Virus record (IMG/VR): IMGVR_UViG_3300042888_002665
Strand: one strand, 5' to 3'
DNA: 64,000 bases
Source of the DNA: a virus
Shown here: positions 44,659 through 55,805 of the stretch, piece by piece
Position numbering within the stretch: the stretch's first letter is position 1
Layout of the letters: each line of letters starts with the position of its first letter
Program-made: the position numbers and the translations under genes
The notes under the pieces: generated by a model
What the model was told of the DNA's origin: nothing
What the model saw: only the letters and a program-made list of their open reading frames with translations
Database searches by the model: none

Positions 44659-46413
44659 TTATGCTGGGAAAGCAGCTCCAGTTGGTTGAAGTGTGAAATC
44701 CAAGATAATAAATTCAGCAGTTTTAGTAGGTTGAACATAAATCTGACCAACTAATTGATTACGATCAATTATGTCTGCTGTATTGTTTGTATCGTCCATT
44801 ATTACTTTGTAAGCGTATAATCCTTGTTTTGAAACGATTTGTTCCATGTATGGATTAACGATTGATAAGAAACGATTACGTGTTACTGTTGTATTTTGTT
44901 CAAATACTAATTGACGAGAAACTGAAGAAACAAAACGTTTCAAGTTAATCAACAAACGACGAACATTTACGCGATCTAATGATGTAGCGCGTTTTTGGAA
45001 TGTTTTCTGTCCAAATGCTACAACACCTTCACCTGGGAATGTTGCTAATGGGTTAACATTTGCAGCATATAAATCATCGCGATCAGTTGCTGATAATTTA
45101 CGTTCAGCTCTAATTACAGATCCGATACCACCACGATTTAAACCTGCTGGAGCGAACCATTCAGCACCTACTGAATCATTGAATGCATATACACCTGCCA
45201 TCACTACTGATGGTGGGCACCATACTGGACGACCTAAGTTAGCGCTTTGAACTTGAACCCATGGCCAATATCCAGCACCGTAATTTGAAGTTGAACCAGC
45301 AGCTGCTGATATTGCATTTGCTTTAGTATCTCCATAAGCAACTAAATCTTGGATAGCGAATGCATCACCACGATCTTCTACTGTTGTAATTGCACCAGCA
45401 TCAGAAACGGCAGCATTAGCTCCTAAGAACATACCTGGAGTTAATAATAAGTTAAAATCGTATTCGTCTTTATTTGTAAGTAATGATAATGCAGTAACGT
45501 ATTCTGTATCAACAAATCCTTGTGCGTTTGTTGCTGTTGAATCGATTGCATCAAAGAACTTAGCATTTGTACGGTTAGTTGCAGCAACTCCACCAGCAAA
45601 TGAACCTCCGAATGAACCAGATCCTGTAGCAGGCAATGATCCTGAGAAAGTAGCAGCTTTAAATACTCCGTCGTTATCGAATGAATCTACATGTAATGTT
45701 GTAATCCCAGCAATACGAACATATTCAGAACCACCAGCAAATGAACCAGTTAATTGAACATATGCTCCATCACCAGTATTAGCAACATAAACTGGTTTTT
45801 CATCTCCAATTACACGAGAGATAAAATTAGCTTGTTGTGGATCTAGTGATAAGTTAGACCAAGTTTCTAAAATGTTTTTATTTGTTGTGTTATCATCTCC
45901 TCTACGAATTACTAATGTAAATGTACCTTTAGTAAGATCGGTATTTGTTACTTCCCAACGAATGTTGTTTGAAGAACCAGAAGCTAAAGCACCTGCGGCT
46001 GATATTGAACCTGTACTATTTGCTTCAGCACCATAATCCTTAACTTCTAAAGTGAATGAAGCAGAAGCTGCAGCAGATACTGTAGAGCCAGATACGTTAA
46101 CATATGCTTGTGCGTATGTATTATATGCTGAACCGGAGATGATACGAGTTACTAATAGTGAAGTACCTCCACCTGAGAAATATTCTCTAGCAGCTAATGA
46201 AGTGAAGTATTCGTAATATTGGCTACCTGATTTTAATTGTTCGCCAAAATTTGAAACATATTCTGAGTATGAAGTAACTACTGTAGGAACTAATGGACGG
46301 CCTTTAACCGTTGGTCCAACGATTGCGGCTCCAGTAGTAACAGGTCCTCTAGTAACTAATGATTTATCACTTTCGCGAACAAAAACATTAGGTGATATAA
46401 TTTTTTCTGCCAT
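44659..46413 (-). CDS. Tail sheath protein (T4 gp18-like)
   Basis: SPNVFVRESD, YWPWV, PPSVVMAG, WFAPAG.NRG, NVRRLLI, EQNTTVTR and PTKTAEFIILDF. Confidence 0.93.
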   Translation of the reverse strand: MAEKIISPNVFVRESDKSLVTRGPVTTGAAIVGPTVKGRPLVPTVVTSYSEYVSNFGEQLKSGSQYYEYFTSLAAREYFSGGGTSLLVTRIISGSAYNTYAQAYVNVSGSTVSAAASASFTLEVKDYGAEANSTGSISAAGALASGSSNNIRWEVTNTDLTKGTFTLVIRRGDDNTTNKNILETWSNLSLDPQQANFISRVIGDEKPVYVANTGDGAYVQLTGSFAGGSEYVRIAGITTLHVDSFDNDGVFKAATFSGSLPATGSGSFGGSFAGGVAATNRTNAKFFDAIDSTATNAQGFVDTEYVTALSLLTNKDEYDFNLLLTPGMFLGANAAVSDAGAITTVEDRGDAFAIQDLVAYGDTKANAISAAAGSTSNYGAGYWPWVQVQSANLGRPVWCPPSVVMAGVYAFNDSVGAEWFAPAGLNRGGIGSVIRAERKLSATDRDDLYAANVNPLATFPGEGVVAFGQKTFQKRATSLDRVNVRRLLINLKRFVSSVSRQLVFEQNTTVTRNRFLSIVNPYMEQIVSKQGLYAYKVIMDDTNNTADIIDRNQLVGQIYVQPTKTAEFIILDFTLQPTGAAFPA

Positions 46414-46484
46414 CTTAATTTAATGATTATAATTTGGGTATTTCTACAATAAATATATAGCAGACATTATAAAACGAAGGTAAA

Positions 46485-46751
46485 CTAAGAAAGTTCGCCT
46501 GTTTCTAAGTCTATTATCTGCTCTGGGTACGCATTTTTTAATCTATCGATTAATTCTGTTTCTTTTAATTGGATTTTCTCAAAACTAGATACAAAACTAT
46601 TAAATTCTTCTGTAATTTTTCTAAGTTGTTTTTGAGCTAATTCACGTTGTATTGATAACTCACCAATTTGAAACGTAATTATATTAAAATCTTGCTGGAG
46701 TTGTTTTACTTCTGCTAATTCTTCTTCGGTTATTTTTGTTGCTTTTACCAT
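46485..46751 (-). CDS. Coiled-coil hypothetical protein
   Basis: Heptad repeats across most of the 88 aa. Confidence 0.7.
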   Translation of the reverse strand: MVKATKITEEELAEVKQLQQDFNIITFQIGELSIQRELAQKQLRKITEEFNSFVSSFEKIQLKETELIDRLKNAYPEQIIDLETGELS

Positions 46752-46760
46752 AACTTTATT

Positions 46761-46988
46761 TTATACGGGCCATTTATTTTCAGGACATGATTTTTCTACT
46801 GGTGAATATATTTTACCTTTTAATGGGCATCCACATTGTCCGCAGTAATAAAAATCACCTATATCATTATATTTTTTAAAAGGACATTCATTGCATACAG
46901 CAATACGTTGATCTGCTCTTTGTTGTTGTTCTTCTGATGGATTAAGAGCAGTAATCCATGATTTAGTAATTTCTAAAAATTTATTCAT
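46761..46988 (-). CDS. Small Zn-finger protein
   Basis: CNECP...CGQCGCP...CPENKW. Confidence 0.75.
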   Translation of the reverse strand: MNKFLEITKSWITALNPSEEQQQRADQRIAVCNECPFKKYNDIGDFYYCGQCGCPLKGKIYSPVEKSCPENKWPV

Positions 46989-47026
46989 TGCAACTTATTT
47001 TATCGTATATAAATATATAAGAGAAA

Positions 47027-48424
47027 TTAAACAATACAAGTAGTTCCTTGATTCATTGTAGAAGAATACATAATTTGGGCACATACACTTCCACCATCAT
47101 AAACAAAATAAGTATACTGAGTAATACCATTGCAATCAACAAAATCAATGTATATATCATATCCATTATTGTTATACCATGTATAACATGTTGGTGTTGG
47201 TGTATGTGTTGGTGTAGGTGTTGGAGTTGGAGTTGGTGTTGGTGGGATATAACCACATGCTGGGGAATTATATTGATATGGAACTTCGTATGTTCCACAA
47301 TTACCATCGGCATATATATAAATTAACGTAAAATCCTCACAACGTTGACCCACTTGTTGTCCCTCAAATGGACAAGGTGTGTTGGTTGGATTTGGTGTTG
47401 ATGTTGGTGTATTTGTTGGAATTGGAGTAGGGGTTGGTGTTGCTGTTGGTGGTGTACAGCTTGTACTAATTAATCCACTTAAGAAAGTATATCCAATAGG
47501 ATCTGAAGTATCATCATACGTTTGTTGTAATTCTAAATAATATCTTGTACCTGGATTGAAACTATCTATAAAATAATATCCAGTACCTGCTGGTTGGTTT
47601 TTAGTATATCCAGTACCTATTGGAGATAAATTACAATTATTATCTACTGAATAAATGGTGAATATTCTGTAAGTAAATATTTGTAATGTAGGAGTAGGTG
47701 TTAGTGTTGGAGTTGGTGTAGGTGTTAGTGTTGGAGCTACAAAACAACTTACACTTATGTTTGATGCAAACGTTCCACTACATGATTCATTATTACGTTC
47801 AGCCATTTGAACTCGATATGTTCCATCATCAACACCAGTAAATGTAAATTGAACTAATGCCGCCGGATTACCACCACGGTCTCCATTCTGCCACGCTGTT
47901 GTAGTACCTCCGGAAAATGATGTTAAACGTACTTGGAAAAGACTACAAAGAATAGATCGGACAAATATAGTAACACGCCCATTCAGTCCAGATACATCAT
48001 CACATGATACAGTGATGGTATTACTAAGTTGGAATCCGTCAACACACACACATGTAGGACAAGATGATATAGAATTAACAACCCCTGCAGGATTTACATA
48101 ATAAACTGTAGAACTAGCTCCTCCGGTTCCATACCACCCAGCAGCAGCTAATGTAGCTCTTCCACTATCAGTCCAAACATAATCTCCTACATCTAAAGAA
48201 TCACAATCAACCCAATATAAACTTGATGCACTTCCGTTTCCTCCACATAATGCAGCTTGAGACTCAGTATTATATTTTATACCAGTTAATGAAAATACAT
48301 TCCAAGGAAATATAATAGTTTCACCAACAAACATACGTGTTACATTACTTGAACCTAATTTTACTTGATTACAAGAATCTATGTTTATTGTTCCTAATAA
48401 AGTTTTCCCTGCTGTTAAAGCCAT
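47027..48424 (-). CDS. Cys-rich virion/fibre-associated protein with three Pro-Thr tracts
   Basis: (PT)n blocks separating Cys-paired beta modules. Confidence 0.7.
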   Translation of the reverse strand: MALTAGKTLLGTINIDSCNQVKLGSSNVTRMFVGETIIFPWNVFSLTGIKYNTESQAALCGGNGSASSLYWVDCDSLDVGDYVWTDSGRATLAAAGWYGTGGASSTVYYVNPAGVVNSISSCPTCVCVDGFQLSNTITVSCDDVSGLNGRVTIFVRSILCSLFQVRLTSFSGGTTTAWQNGDRGGNPAALVQFTFTGVDDGTYRVQMAERNNESCSGTFASNISVSCFVAPTLTPTPTPTLTPTPTLQIFTYRIFTIYSVDNNCNLSPIGTGYTKNQPAGTGYYFIDSFNPGTRYYLELQQTYDDTSDPIGYTFLSGLISTSCTPPTATPTPTPIPTNTPTSTPNPTNTPCPFEGQQVGQRCEDFTLIYIYADGNCGTYEVPYQYNSPACGYIPPTPTPTPTPTPTHTPTPTCYTWYNNNGYDIYIDFVDCNGITQYTYFVYDGGSVCAQIMYSSTMNQGTTCIV

Positions 48425-48426
48425 TA

Positions 48427-49923
48427 TTAAATTATAATATATAACGTATTTGCATCTTTTGAAAGTATATCATTATACTGAGTTTGATTTAAAGTTACTA
48501 TCTTAGTTACTTTTGATGTTCCATAAACATCTGCTGTATTAGTAATGAAATCATCAGTTGATGGTGTAGTACCAGTAGTACCTTGAGCACCAGTCGTACC
48601 TTGAGTACCCGTTGTGCCTTGAGCACCGTTTGTACCAGCAGTACCTTGAGCACCATTTGCACCCGCGGTACCTTGAGCACCGTTTGTACCATTTGTGCCG
48701 TTTGTACCATTTGTGCCGTTTGTACCATTTGTACCAGCAGAACCTTGAGCGCCATTATTACCTGCTGTACCTTGAGCACCTACTGCACCTTGAGCGCCAG
48801 TAGTACCTTGTAAACTTAAATTGGATCTATATTTTAAATTACCATCATTATTTAATACTACTATGTTTGTTTCTGTAGTGCCTATTGGTATAGGTTCTAT
48901 TCTAGATGCTGTATAAGCATATGAGCTGCTTACAACATTAGATGCACTTATAGCCCAACTAGCAGTACCATTAAATGAGCCTGTAAATGAACCAGTATAT
49001 GAAGAACCAGTAAATGCTAATGATGTTAATGAATGTGATATAAATACACTACCGGTAAATTGGTGTGTATCATCTTGTGTATTTCCAAATACATGGCTAC
49101 CATCAGCATATGATTCAGTAACGTAAATTATCGAGGATGATATTATTATTTGACGTGCAGTTATATCGCCAGTAACTGTCCAACTTCCAGATACAGAACC
49201 TGATCCAAGAATATTTACACTACCTGATAAGTGAGTACTACCACTAACATGTAAAGTACCAGATACAAATGAACTTCCACTTACACGGCTACTTCCACTT
49301 ACATCTAATGAGCCAGTTATTAATTGACTTCCAGTAATTCTAGCACTACCGGTTAAAAATGTACTACCACTTACATTTAAACTACCAGATAAATGTTGGC
49401 TACCTGTAATTATTAAACTACCTGTTAAAAATTGACTGCCCGTTACAAATAAACTACCAGTTATAAATTCTGATCCTGATATATTTGATGATCCTGTTAT
49501 TGATTGGCTACCTGTTATTCTAGATGATCCACTAATGATCTGAGAACCAGATATATTTGAACTTCCGGTTACGTTAACACTACCACTTACTCTAACATTT
49601 CCTTGAATATATGGATCGCCAATTATAGAAATTGTAGATGAAACAACAAATATTTCATTAACTAATTTAACATCATTCTGACTAACATAATATAAAATAT
49701 TAGGAGCATTTTGAGGAACTGTAAATGTTATTGTTCCACTAGAAGCACCATTATTAGTTACTCCATTCGAGTATACTCCTCCAGTACCTGCAACTGGTGA
49801 TGCTTTTATCCAAAAAGGATGGCCAGGAGTATTTACATTAAAAGTATATGTAACTCCTTTAACTAATACTAATGGTGGATTTAATCCATTAGACGAACCT
49901 TTAAATGAATATTTTACTGCCAT
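48427..49923 (-). CDS. Tail-fibre-like protein: cupredoxin-like N-terminus, GS repeats, collagen-like tail
   Basis: [14 protein letters not shown], about 25 (I/V)xGSxx repeats and GAQGTT / GTN Gly-X-Y repeats. Confidence 0.75.
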   Translation of the reverse strand: MAVKYSFKGSSNGLNPPLVLVKGVTYTFNVNTPGHPFWIKASPVAGTGGVYSNGVTNNGASSGTITFTVPQNAPNILYYVSQNDVKLVNEIFVVSSTISIIGDPYIQGNVRVSGSVNVTGSSNISGSQIISGSSRITGSQSITGSSNISGSEFITGSLFVTGSQFLTGSLIITGSQHLSGSLNVSGSTFLTGSARITGSQLITGSLDVSGSSRVSGSSFVSGTLHVSGSTHLSGSVNILGSGSVSGSWTVTGDITARQIIISSSIIYVTESYADGSHVFGNTQDDTHQFTGSVFISHSLTSLAFTGSSYTGSFTGSFNGTASWAISASNVVSSSYAYTASRIEPIPIGTTETNIVVLNNDGNLKYRSNLSLQGTTGAQGAVGAQGTAGNNGAQGSAGTNGTNGTNGTNGTNGTNGAQGTAGANGAQGTAGTNGAQGTTGTQGTTGAQGTTGTTPSTDDFITNTADVYGTSKVTKIVTLNQTQYNDILSKDANTLYIII

Positions 49924-49929
49924 TTTATA

Positions 49930-50874
49930 TTAGGTACAAAGTGGGAAAGAAGCAAATGATGTTGAATAAGAATAATTTCCAGTATACGTAGTTATTACTG
50001 ATCCATTAAGTGCTTTTAAAGATAAAACAAGCTGAGTTGGTTCTGCTGTTGGAGATGGTATAGATAATAACATCGATACTTTAGTTAAATCAAATCCATC
50101 TATTATAGTTGCATTAATTCCTCCATAATTCTTTCTTAATTCAACATATGCTCCTGCAGGGGCATTATTTACAGAAACTCTAAATTTAACCCCACATGCG
50201 TTTCCATCATTACAATTATTTGTTCTACAAAGTGGTTGTCCAACAGTAATTGATGGAGCTAGTGTAGGTGTTGGAGAAGGTGTTCTAGTAGGGGTAGCTG
50301 TAGGTGTAGGGGTAAGTGTTCCGGTGGTTGTTAAAGTTGGAGTAACACTAACAGTTGGTGTTGGGGTTGGAGTTACAGTAGGAGTTGGGGTTGGTGTTGT
50401 TGCTATTTCAACTAATGTTATATCAAATGTAGTGTTTAGTGAAGATGTAATTAACATACTTCCACTAAATATATTGTGACCTTTAAATGTATTCGAACCT
50501 GTTATAGCATATGAACTTGGAGATATACCACCATTAACTGAATTTAGTGGGGAATTTTCACCAAATACTGTATTATCGATAAATGATTGTATTCCTGATA
50601 ATTCATTAATGTTAATTTCTTGTGGATCTACATCAAATACTACATCTGAAGTTCCATCATATATAGCAGGTTTTAAACCATATCCGGCTTCTAACTTAGT
50701 AAATGTAGCGTTTTCTTGTGCTTTTAGTGTTACTATTGATTCTACTCCACCAGCACTTTTCTTTAAGAAAAGTCTACCATCATATGTATTTAATGCTAAT
50801 TCCCCTAACTGTAATTGATCTATGGTAGGGACGCGGCCTGGTATGGCGCTACGTTTTGATTTAATGCTAGGCAT
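49930..50874 (-). CDS. Tail-fibre-like protein with an Mtd-N-like anchor and a Pro-Thr linker
   Basis: KRSAIPGRVPT..L.LGELALNTYDGRLFLK; long TPTPT tract. Confidence 0.7.
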   Translation of the reverse strand: MPSIKSKRSAIPGRVPTIDQLQLGELALNTYDGRLFLKKSAGGVESIVTLKAQENATFTKLEAGYGLKPAIYDGTSDVVFDVDPQEININELSGIQSFIDNTVFGENSPLNSVNGGISPSSYAITGSNTFKGHNIFSGSMLITSSLNTTFDITLVEIATTPTPTPTVTPTPTPTVSVTPTLTTTGTLTPTPTATPTRTPSPTPTLAPSITVGQPLCRTNNCNDGNACGVKFRVSVNNAPAGAYVELRKNYGGINATIIDGFDLTKVSMLLSIPSPTAEPTQLVLSLKALNGSVITTYTGNYSYSTSFASFPLCT

Positions 50875-50936
50875 CTGCTATGGTCAAGTAGTATATACTA
50901 AAAAATGAATCCTATATAGGTCCACCATAAATATAG

Positions 50937-50969
50937 TAAAAAAAAGTCTGCATTATTAGTACAGACTTT
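50937..50969 (-). terminator. Intrinsic terminator
   Basis: AAAGTCTGTA-CTAATAA-TGCAGACTTT followed by a T-run. Confidence 0.7.
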
Positions 50970-50988
50970 ACTTTTTAAAACCAATTTA

Positions 50989-51468
50989 TTATTTTACTTC
51001 TTCAACTGATGGTTCTTCAATTAGATGTTTAAATACTAGAACATAATTATCTTTAGTTTCAATTTTATCTAAATTAGACAATTGAATTTGAGGTAATTTA
51101 ATGTCTTTTTCTTGATTTAACAACTCACCATATTCATCATTGAAAGCAATGTATGCTGGATTAATGTCTTTTGCAGGTTCGCCTTTATCGTCTAATTCTC
51201 CGGTTTCAATAACCATTGAAATACCTACATTACCGTTTTCATCTTCAGTACCGTGCTTTTTGATTAACTCATCGCGTAATGAATCGATTACTTTCTTTTC
51301 TGCAGCTAATGATTCTACTAATGTATTTAAATAATACTTAGTTACTACTGGTAGTTTTTGATTTAATAATCCTTCGATGATTTTCTCACCTGTTTGGTTA
51401 TTTGTAGCGCCTGCTAATTCAGCTTCTAAATTTAATAATTCAAATAATTTTAACGATTGATTTTTCAT
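50989..51468 (-). CDS. Hypothetical acidic helical protein
   Basis: 159 aa; TATTTATA motif 20 nt upstream. Confidence 0.75.
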   Translation of the reverse strand: MKNQSLKLFELLNLEAELAGATNNQTGEKIIEGLLNQKLPVVTKYYLNTLVESLAAEKKVIDSLRDELIKKHGTEDENGNVGISMVIETGELDDKGEPAKDINPAYIAFNDEYGELLNQEKDIKLPQIQLSNLDKIETKDNYVLVFKHLIEEPSVEEVK

Positions 51469-51480
51469 TTTGTAACTTTG

Positions 51481-52716
51481 TTATTTGTTATAAATATAAT
51501 TTTCTGATTTTTTTGTAGTATTTGTTACTGATTTAATGGTATTTAAGACATCTTTATCTACCAAATCTGGGTGTACCCACCAATCTTCAAATGGTGAATC
51601 ATCATCTGGAGATATATTATCTACAGCTAATTCATATCCTTTAGATTCTAGGTATCTTCTTGATTTATCACGATATGATTTAGTTTCATCACAATAATAA
51701 TCATGTTCATATGTTATTACTGCAAATCTATATTCTTCAAATGGAATTTGTAATAAGGTTTTAAATGTGTTATAAGATGGTTCACAATCTAACTGTAAGT
51801 AATCCCAATCATTTCCCCAATTTGTATCGCTTAATATTGTATCATAATTAGCAATCGTAGCATCTTGTAATAAACAAAAATTATTCCTTGTACCATTAAA
51901 TTTATTTACTAAATTACTATCAATTTCTAATGATATGCCTTTCCAATTAAAATCTTTTTCTAAAATATAAGTATTAGAATTATCAATGGGGTCATTTGCC
52001 CCAATTTCTAAATATTTTCCATTTGTTTTTCCATCTAATGCCATTAATACAAACATGTCTTGAAAAACTTGTGATTGGTTATTTTTTATTTTTTCAACTC
52101 CTTTAAATTTAAATCTTAAATTATCTAATTGAGTATAGTCATAATATGATGGTTTTATCCAATCTTCTGATCCCACTAAAAAAATAAGATTTCTTTTTAC
52201 AGAATCTATATAATCATAAGATATAACTTCATTATGATGTAATTCTAAAAATAAATTTAAAGATTCATCCATACTTCCTAACCACCACGAACATACAGCT
52301 TTTTCAAATTTAAAACCCCATCGACCTGGGTATTCAACATCAATTAATATTTCTGGTTCATCTGTTGCTAATTGTTCACCTATAGTAGATATAGTATAAC
52401 TTTCTTGCCAATCTTTATTTCGTTCATATAAACGAGAAAGTAAAAAATATGCTTCAGGACGTTTTGGTGAATGTGATATAGCATGCAGATATAATCCTTT
52501 AACTGAGAATATGCGATTATTTTGTTTTTCTAAACATAATCCAATTCTAAGTAATGATAAATAAATTAAATCACTATCTAATTCAGTTACTCTTAAATAA
52601 TAAGTTAAAGCTGATGCTGTTTGATTTTGATCATAATATGAATTAGCTAAATTAAATATAGCTTTATCATTGTATGGATCTTTTATAAATTCAGTTAATG
52701 TATATTGGATATTCAT
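51481..52716 (-). CDS. TPR repeat plus FkbM-like SAM methyltransferase
   Basis: N-terminal TPR-like helices (PEAYFLLSRLY). SQVFQD..V...GKYLEIGANDP..NSNT..LEK...WKGIS and DYLQLDCE. Confidence 0.72.
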   Translation of the reverse strand: MNIQYTLTEFIKDPYNDKAIFNLANSYYDQNQTASALTYYLRVTELDSDLIYLSLLRIGLCLEKQNNRIFSVKGLYLHAISHSPKRPEAYFLLSRLYERNKDWQESYTISTIGEQLATDEPEILIDVEYPGRWGFKFEKAVCSWWLGSMDESLNLFLELHHNEVISYDYIDSVKRNLIFLVGSEDWIKPSYYDYTQLDNLRFKFKGVEKIKNNQSQVFQDMFVLMALDGKTNGKYLEIGANDPIDNSNTYILEKDFNWKGISLEIDSNLVNKFNGTRNNFCLLQDATIANYDTILSDTNWGNDWDYLQLDCEPSYNTFKTLLQIPFEEYRFAVITYEHDYYCDETKSYRDKSRRYLESKGYELAVDNISPDDDSPFEDWWVHPDLVDKDVLNTIKSVTNTTKKSENYIYNK

Positions 52717-53684
52717 ATTCCTGCTAATGTTTTAAAATAATTTAAAGGCATGTTTAATAAATAAGCGGCATTATCTCCATACCCAAATGAAATTAACACA
52801 TTATCATCTTTTATAGCCAACCCACAACAAAATTCAATATAACCAGTCATAAAATCAAACTCATCACTTATATTTACTACATTCCAATCTTTATCCCACG
52901 TTACTATTCTATGTCGGTAAGTTGCTTCTTTATTGTTATTTTTATTTTTCCATAAATCTGCTTCATGTGTTATTGCTACTCGATAATCACCAATAGTTAT
53001 AACTTGACTTCCACCTCGTATATCGCGTTTAGTAGAATATGGCTTACCTAAAAATATCTGATTGCATGTTTTATTAATTGGATCTACCTTAACAATTTCT
53101 GTTGGATTAGTCCATTTAACAAAATAATATGGCATATCTAAAATTGGCATCCAATTTTTTTCACAATATGAATCATTATTAAATGGAGCAGGAATTCTAA
53201 ATCGACTTATTTCTGTTACTTTATTATCTAAAATTTTTATTTCTGATAATTCCATTCGGCCTTCACCGTTTGTTTTAGTATCTCGTCTTACACCACAGAT
53301 ATATAATTTATTATCCCATCTAACTAAACGAGCATCTTCTAAACCAACGAATTCCCACACTGGTGATATGTCGTATCTTGATGTATCTATTCTATCAAAT
53401 GAATCTATTGATAAATTATCATCTAATGAACAAAAATGATTAGTTGTTCTTAATGTTATATCATTTTCTGGGTTTAGATAGGCTAATGGGCCGTACCGGT
53501 TTTCAAATTTACCTCTAGTATGATATAATGTATACTGGACATGACGTAAATTCAAAATTAACTTCCCATCATCGTTAAAAATTGATGGGTTTAATAATCC
53601 AGTTCCATTTGTTTCGGAGGATGGTATGATTAGTGGGATAATACTACCTCCATTAGCTATAACCTGTTTTGCTAAATTTTTCAA
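52713..53684 (-). CDS. Five-bladed beta-propeller glycosidase-like protein (GH130/GH43-like)
   Basis: NPSI, GLEDARL, CEKNWMP, RGGSQ, IEFCCGL and ISFGYGD. Confidence 0.65.
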   Translation of the reverse strand: MKNLAKQVIANGGSIIPLIIPSSETNGTGLLNPSIFNDDGKLILNLRHVQYTLYHTRGKFENRYGPLAYLNPENDITLRTTNHFCSLDDNLSIDSFDRIDTSRYDISPVWEFVGLEDARLVRWDNKLYICGVRRDTKTNGEGRMELSEIKILDNKVTEISRFRIPAPFNNDSYCEKNWMPILDMPYYFVKWTNPTEIVKVDPINKTCNQIFLGKPYSTKRDIRGGSQVITIGDYRVAITHEADLWKNKNNNKEATYRHRIVTWDKDWNVVNISDEFDFMTGYIEFCCGLAIKDDNVLISFGYGDNAAYLLNMPLNYFKTLAGI

Positions 53685-54013
53685 ATTAAATGTCTAATAA
53701 TAATTGTTAATGAAATACAAATCCATATTGTATTAAATAAAATTAATGTTGGTAATGATTTTCTCATTGATGCCCAAATTAATGCTGATGATGTTGCTAA
53801 TGTTAAAAAATGCATATACCATAATTCAATACCAAATATTAATCCCGGTATAATAATAACAGCTTTAGCCATCCAAGCAGCCGCTTCAATAATATTATAA
53901 TCAGTCCAGTATTCTTTAGACAGGTACATTTTATATCTATCAGTAATTTTACTTAATCCAATGATTAAATATAATAAAGACAGATAAGCAATATAAATAG
54001 TAGGATAAATCAT
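53681..54013 (-). CDS. Small multi-pass membrane protein
   Basis: Four hydrophobic segments in 110 aa. Confidence 0.7.
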   Translation of the reverse strand: MIYPTIYIAYLSLLYLIIGLSKITDRYKMYLSKEYWTDYNIIEAAAWMAKAVIIIPGLIFGIELWYMHFLTLATSSALIWASMRKSLPTLILFNTIWICISLTIIIRHLI

Positions 54014-54612
54014 ATAGTATAATTAAAGTTTATAACAATTCTTCTGTAAGTATCTGATTGGACTGAACTTGCATGGTAATACTTTCCATCAAATGTAATC
54101 ATTTTATTTGCTTCGCAATCGACTGATTTCTGGATGGTTAGTTTATTATTTAATATTTTGCTTAAATATTCTACAGGTGGAAATCCAAATCTCGGATTGT
54201 ATTTTTCATTATATAATACAGTTGGGGCATTTGTTGTATTCATGTATATTATACCTGCTTTATGTGTTTCATCTGCATCCACATGAGGAGGATTTGTGTG
54301 GATGTTTGGCTGGCATGTGCACATATTTATTTTAATACGAATTATTTCTTTTGGTTTTTCACCCATTCGTTCTAATCCATCTAATATAATTTTATTTAGT
54401 GGTTTATATAATTCAGATCTAACATCTTTATCTAATAATACTAAATGAGCAAAACTAAAATCAGGTGAATATTTGTTAGTTAAATTAATTAAATCATTTT
54501 GTTCAGATGATGAATATGTACCTGAAAGATACCAAGGAACTATTGCAGAGAATAATTCTGTTTGTAGTTTTTTAAAAGTTACATCATCAATAACGTTTTT
54601 TAATTCTTTCAT
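54010..54612 (-). CDS. 2OG-Fe(II) oxygenase
   Basis: PHVD...HASS...RRIVINFN. Confidence 0.82.
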   Translation of the reverse strand: MKELKNVIDDVTFKKLQTELFSAIVPWYLSGTYSSSEQNDLINLTNKYSPDFSFAHLVLLDKDVRSELYKPLNKIILDGLERMGEKPKEIIRIKINMCTCQPNIHTNPPHVDADETHKAGIIYMNTTNAPTVLYNEKYNPRFGFPPVEYLSKILNNKLTIQKSVDCEANKMITFDGKYYHASSVQSDTYRRIVINFNYTI

Positions 54613-55217
54613 ATGCCAAAAACAATATTAACAACAACTCGTCTATCGGTTTTACGTGGTGGAGATGATGCATGTAACTGAGTAGCATCAAATATAAATG
54701 CACTATTTGCTTTTGGTGTTACTCTAGTTTCAACAGTTAAATCATCTATATTATCTTCAAAATCCAAATGCTCTAAATAATTTTCCTTAAATAAATAAGT
54801 ATCACCATCAGAATCATTTAAATAATATATCATTGTGAATGTATTTGGTATTGGATGATCAGGGTGGGGTCCATGAAATGTATTGTCAGGATAATCTTTT
54901 TCCTGCATTAACATATTTGCTTTAGTTCGATATACTGTTTTTGGTTTTAATCCATGTTCTTCTAAAGCATAATACATTGGCTCAATCACATCATAAAATT
55001 TTTTTTGTTCATCACCAACAAAAAATGAATGATTGAACTGTACTGATTCCTGAGTATGTTTACCAAATAATGGTTGAGTTAATGTAGCATAAGAATAATA
55101 CCAATCAAAATCTCCACTCATTATTAATGCGTATAAGTAGGTATAATAGTCTTTAGGTAAAAAATTATCAATAATTATCATTGCCGTTCTCTTAAATACA
55201 AGAAATAACTGATGCAA
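54609..55217 (-). CDS. 2OG-Fe(II) oxygenase; likely start at MIIIDNFL
   Basis: PHPD...YYLNDSDGDT...HASS...RRVVVNI. Confidence 0.82.
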   Translation of the reverse strand: MHQLFLVFKRTAMIIIDNFLPKDYYTYLYALIMSGDFDWYYSYATLTQPLFGKHTQESVQFNHSFFVGDEQKKFYDVIEPMYYALEEHGLKPKTVYRTKANMLMQEKDYPDNTFHGPHPDHPIPNTFTMIYYLNDSDGDTYLFKENYLEHLDFEDNIDDLTVETRVTPKANSAFIFDATQLHASSPPRKTDRRVVVNIVFGI

Positions 55218-55801
55218 TATCTCCCATATCCACTAAATGGTTCGTTATCACCCATCATTTCAATTGATGATACGCTATGCAATAAATGAGATGGAAATAT
55301 AACTAAACGATTATTTTTATATTCTACATCAACTCCAATTTCTGGTAATGTTAAATCACCACCTTTAAATTGTTTTGGTTCTTTATTTACCCAATATAAA
55401 AATGTTAATATAGCATTATCTCGATGTAGTTTATAATAATCTTTATTCTCATAGTAACTTACAAAACATCTGTTATTTAAATGATCAGATACACTATAAT
55501 AACAAAATTCATTATTCATTTCATCCATTATTTGAATAAATTCATCGTTATATATTTTACCGAATGAATTAAAAATATCTGAATATTGAGGGCTGTTAAA
55601 TAACTGCATTAATGGTGCCACCATATTTTGTTTTAGTGGTTTTCCATTTTGAATAGCTGAGCCAGAATGAGGATCAGCTGGTGGGAACATTCTATTTGGT
55701 GATGTTAAATAGTCTAACTCACGCCAAATTAATTTTAGTTCTTCTTCATTAAAGAAATCATCAACAACTAAATGTGTTTTTAAAGTACTTGTAACTTTCA
55801 T
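55178..55801 (-). CDS. 2OG-Fe(II) oxygenase (P4H-like)
   Basis: LHRD...FKGGDL...FPSHLLHSV...GRYCIS. Confidence 0.85.
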   Translation of the reverse strand: MKVTSTLKTHLVVDDFFNEEELKLIWRELDYLTSPNRMFPPADPHSGSAIQNGKPLKQNMVAPLMQLFNSPQYSDIFNSFGKIYNDEFIQIMDEMNNEFCYYSVSDHLNNRCFVSYYENKDYYKLHRDNAILTFLYWVNKEPKQFKGGDLTLPEIGVDVEYKNNRLVIFPSHLLHSVSSIEMMGDNEPFSGYGRYCISYFLYLRERQ

Positions 55802-55805
55802 ATAA

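Noticed and set aside
48507-48813. Overlapping ORFs in the collagen-like regions (also 60611..60949, 60750..60944, 59174..59395, 47048..47326)
   Set aside because: Frame shadows of Gly-X-Y, poly-Gly or Pro-Thr repeats, with no start context.
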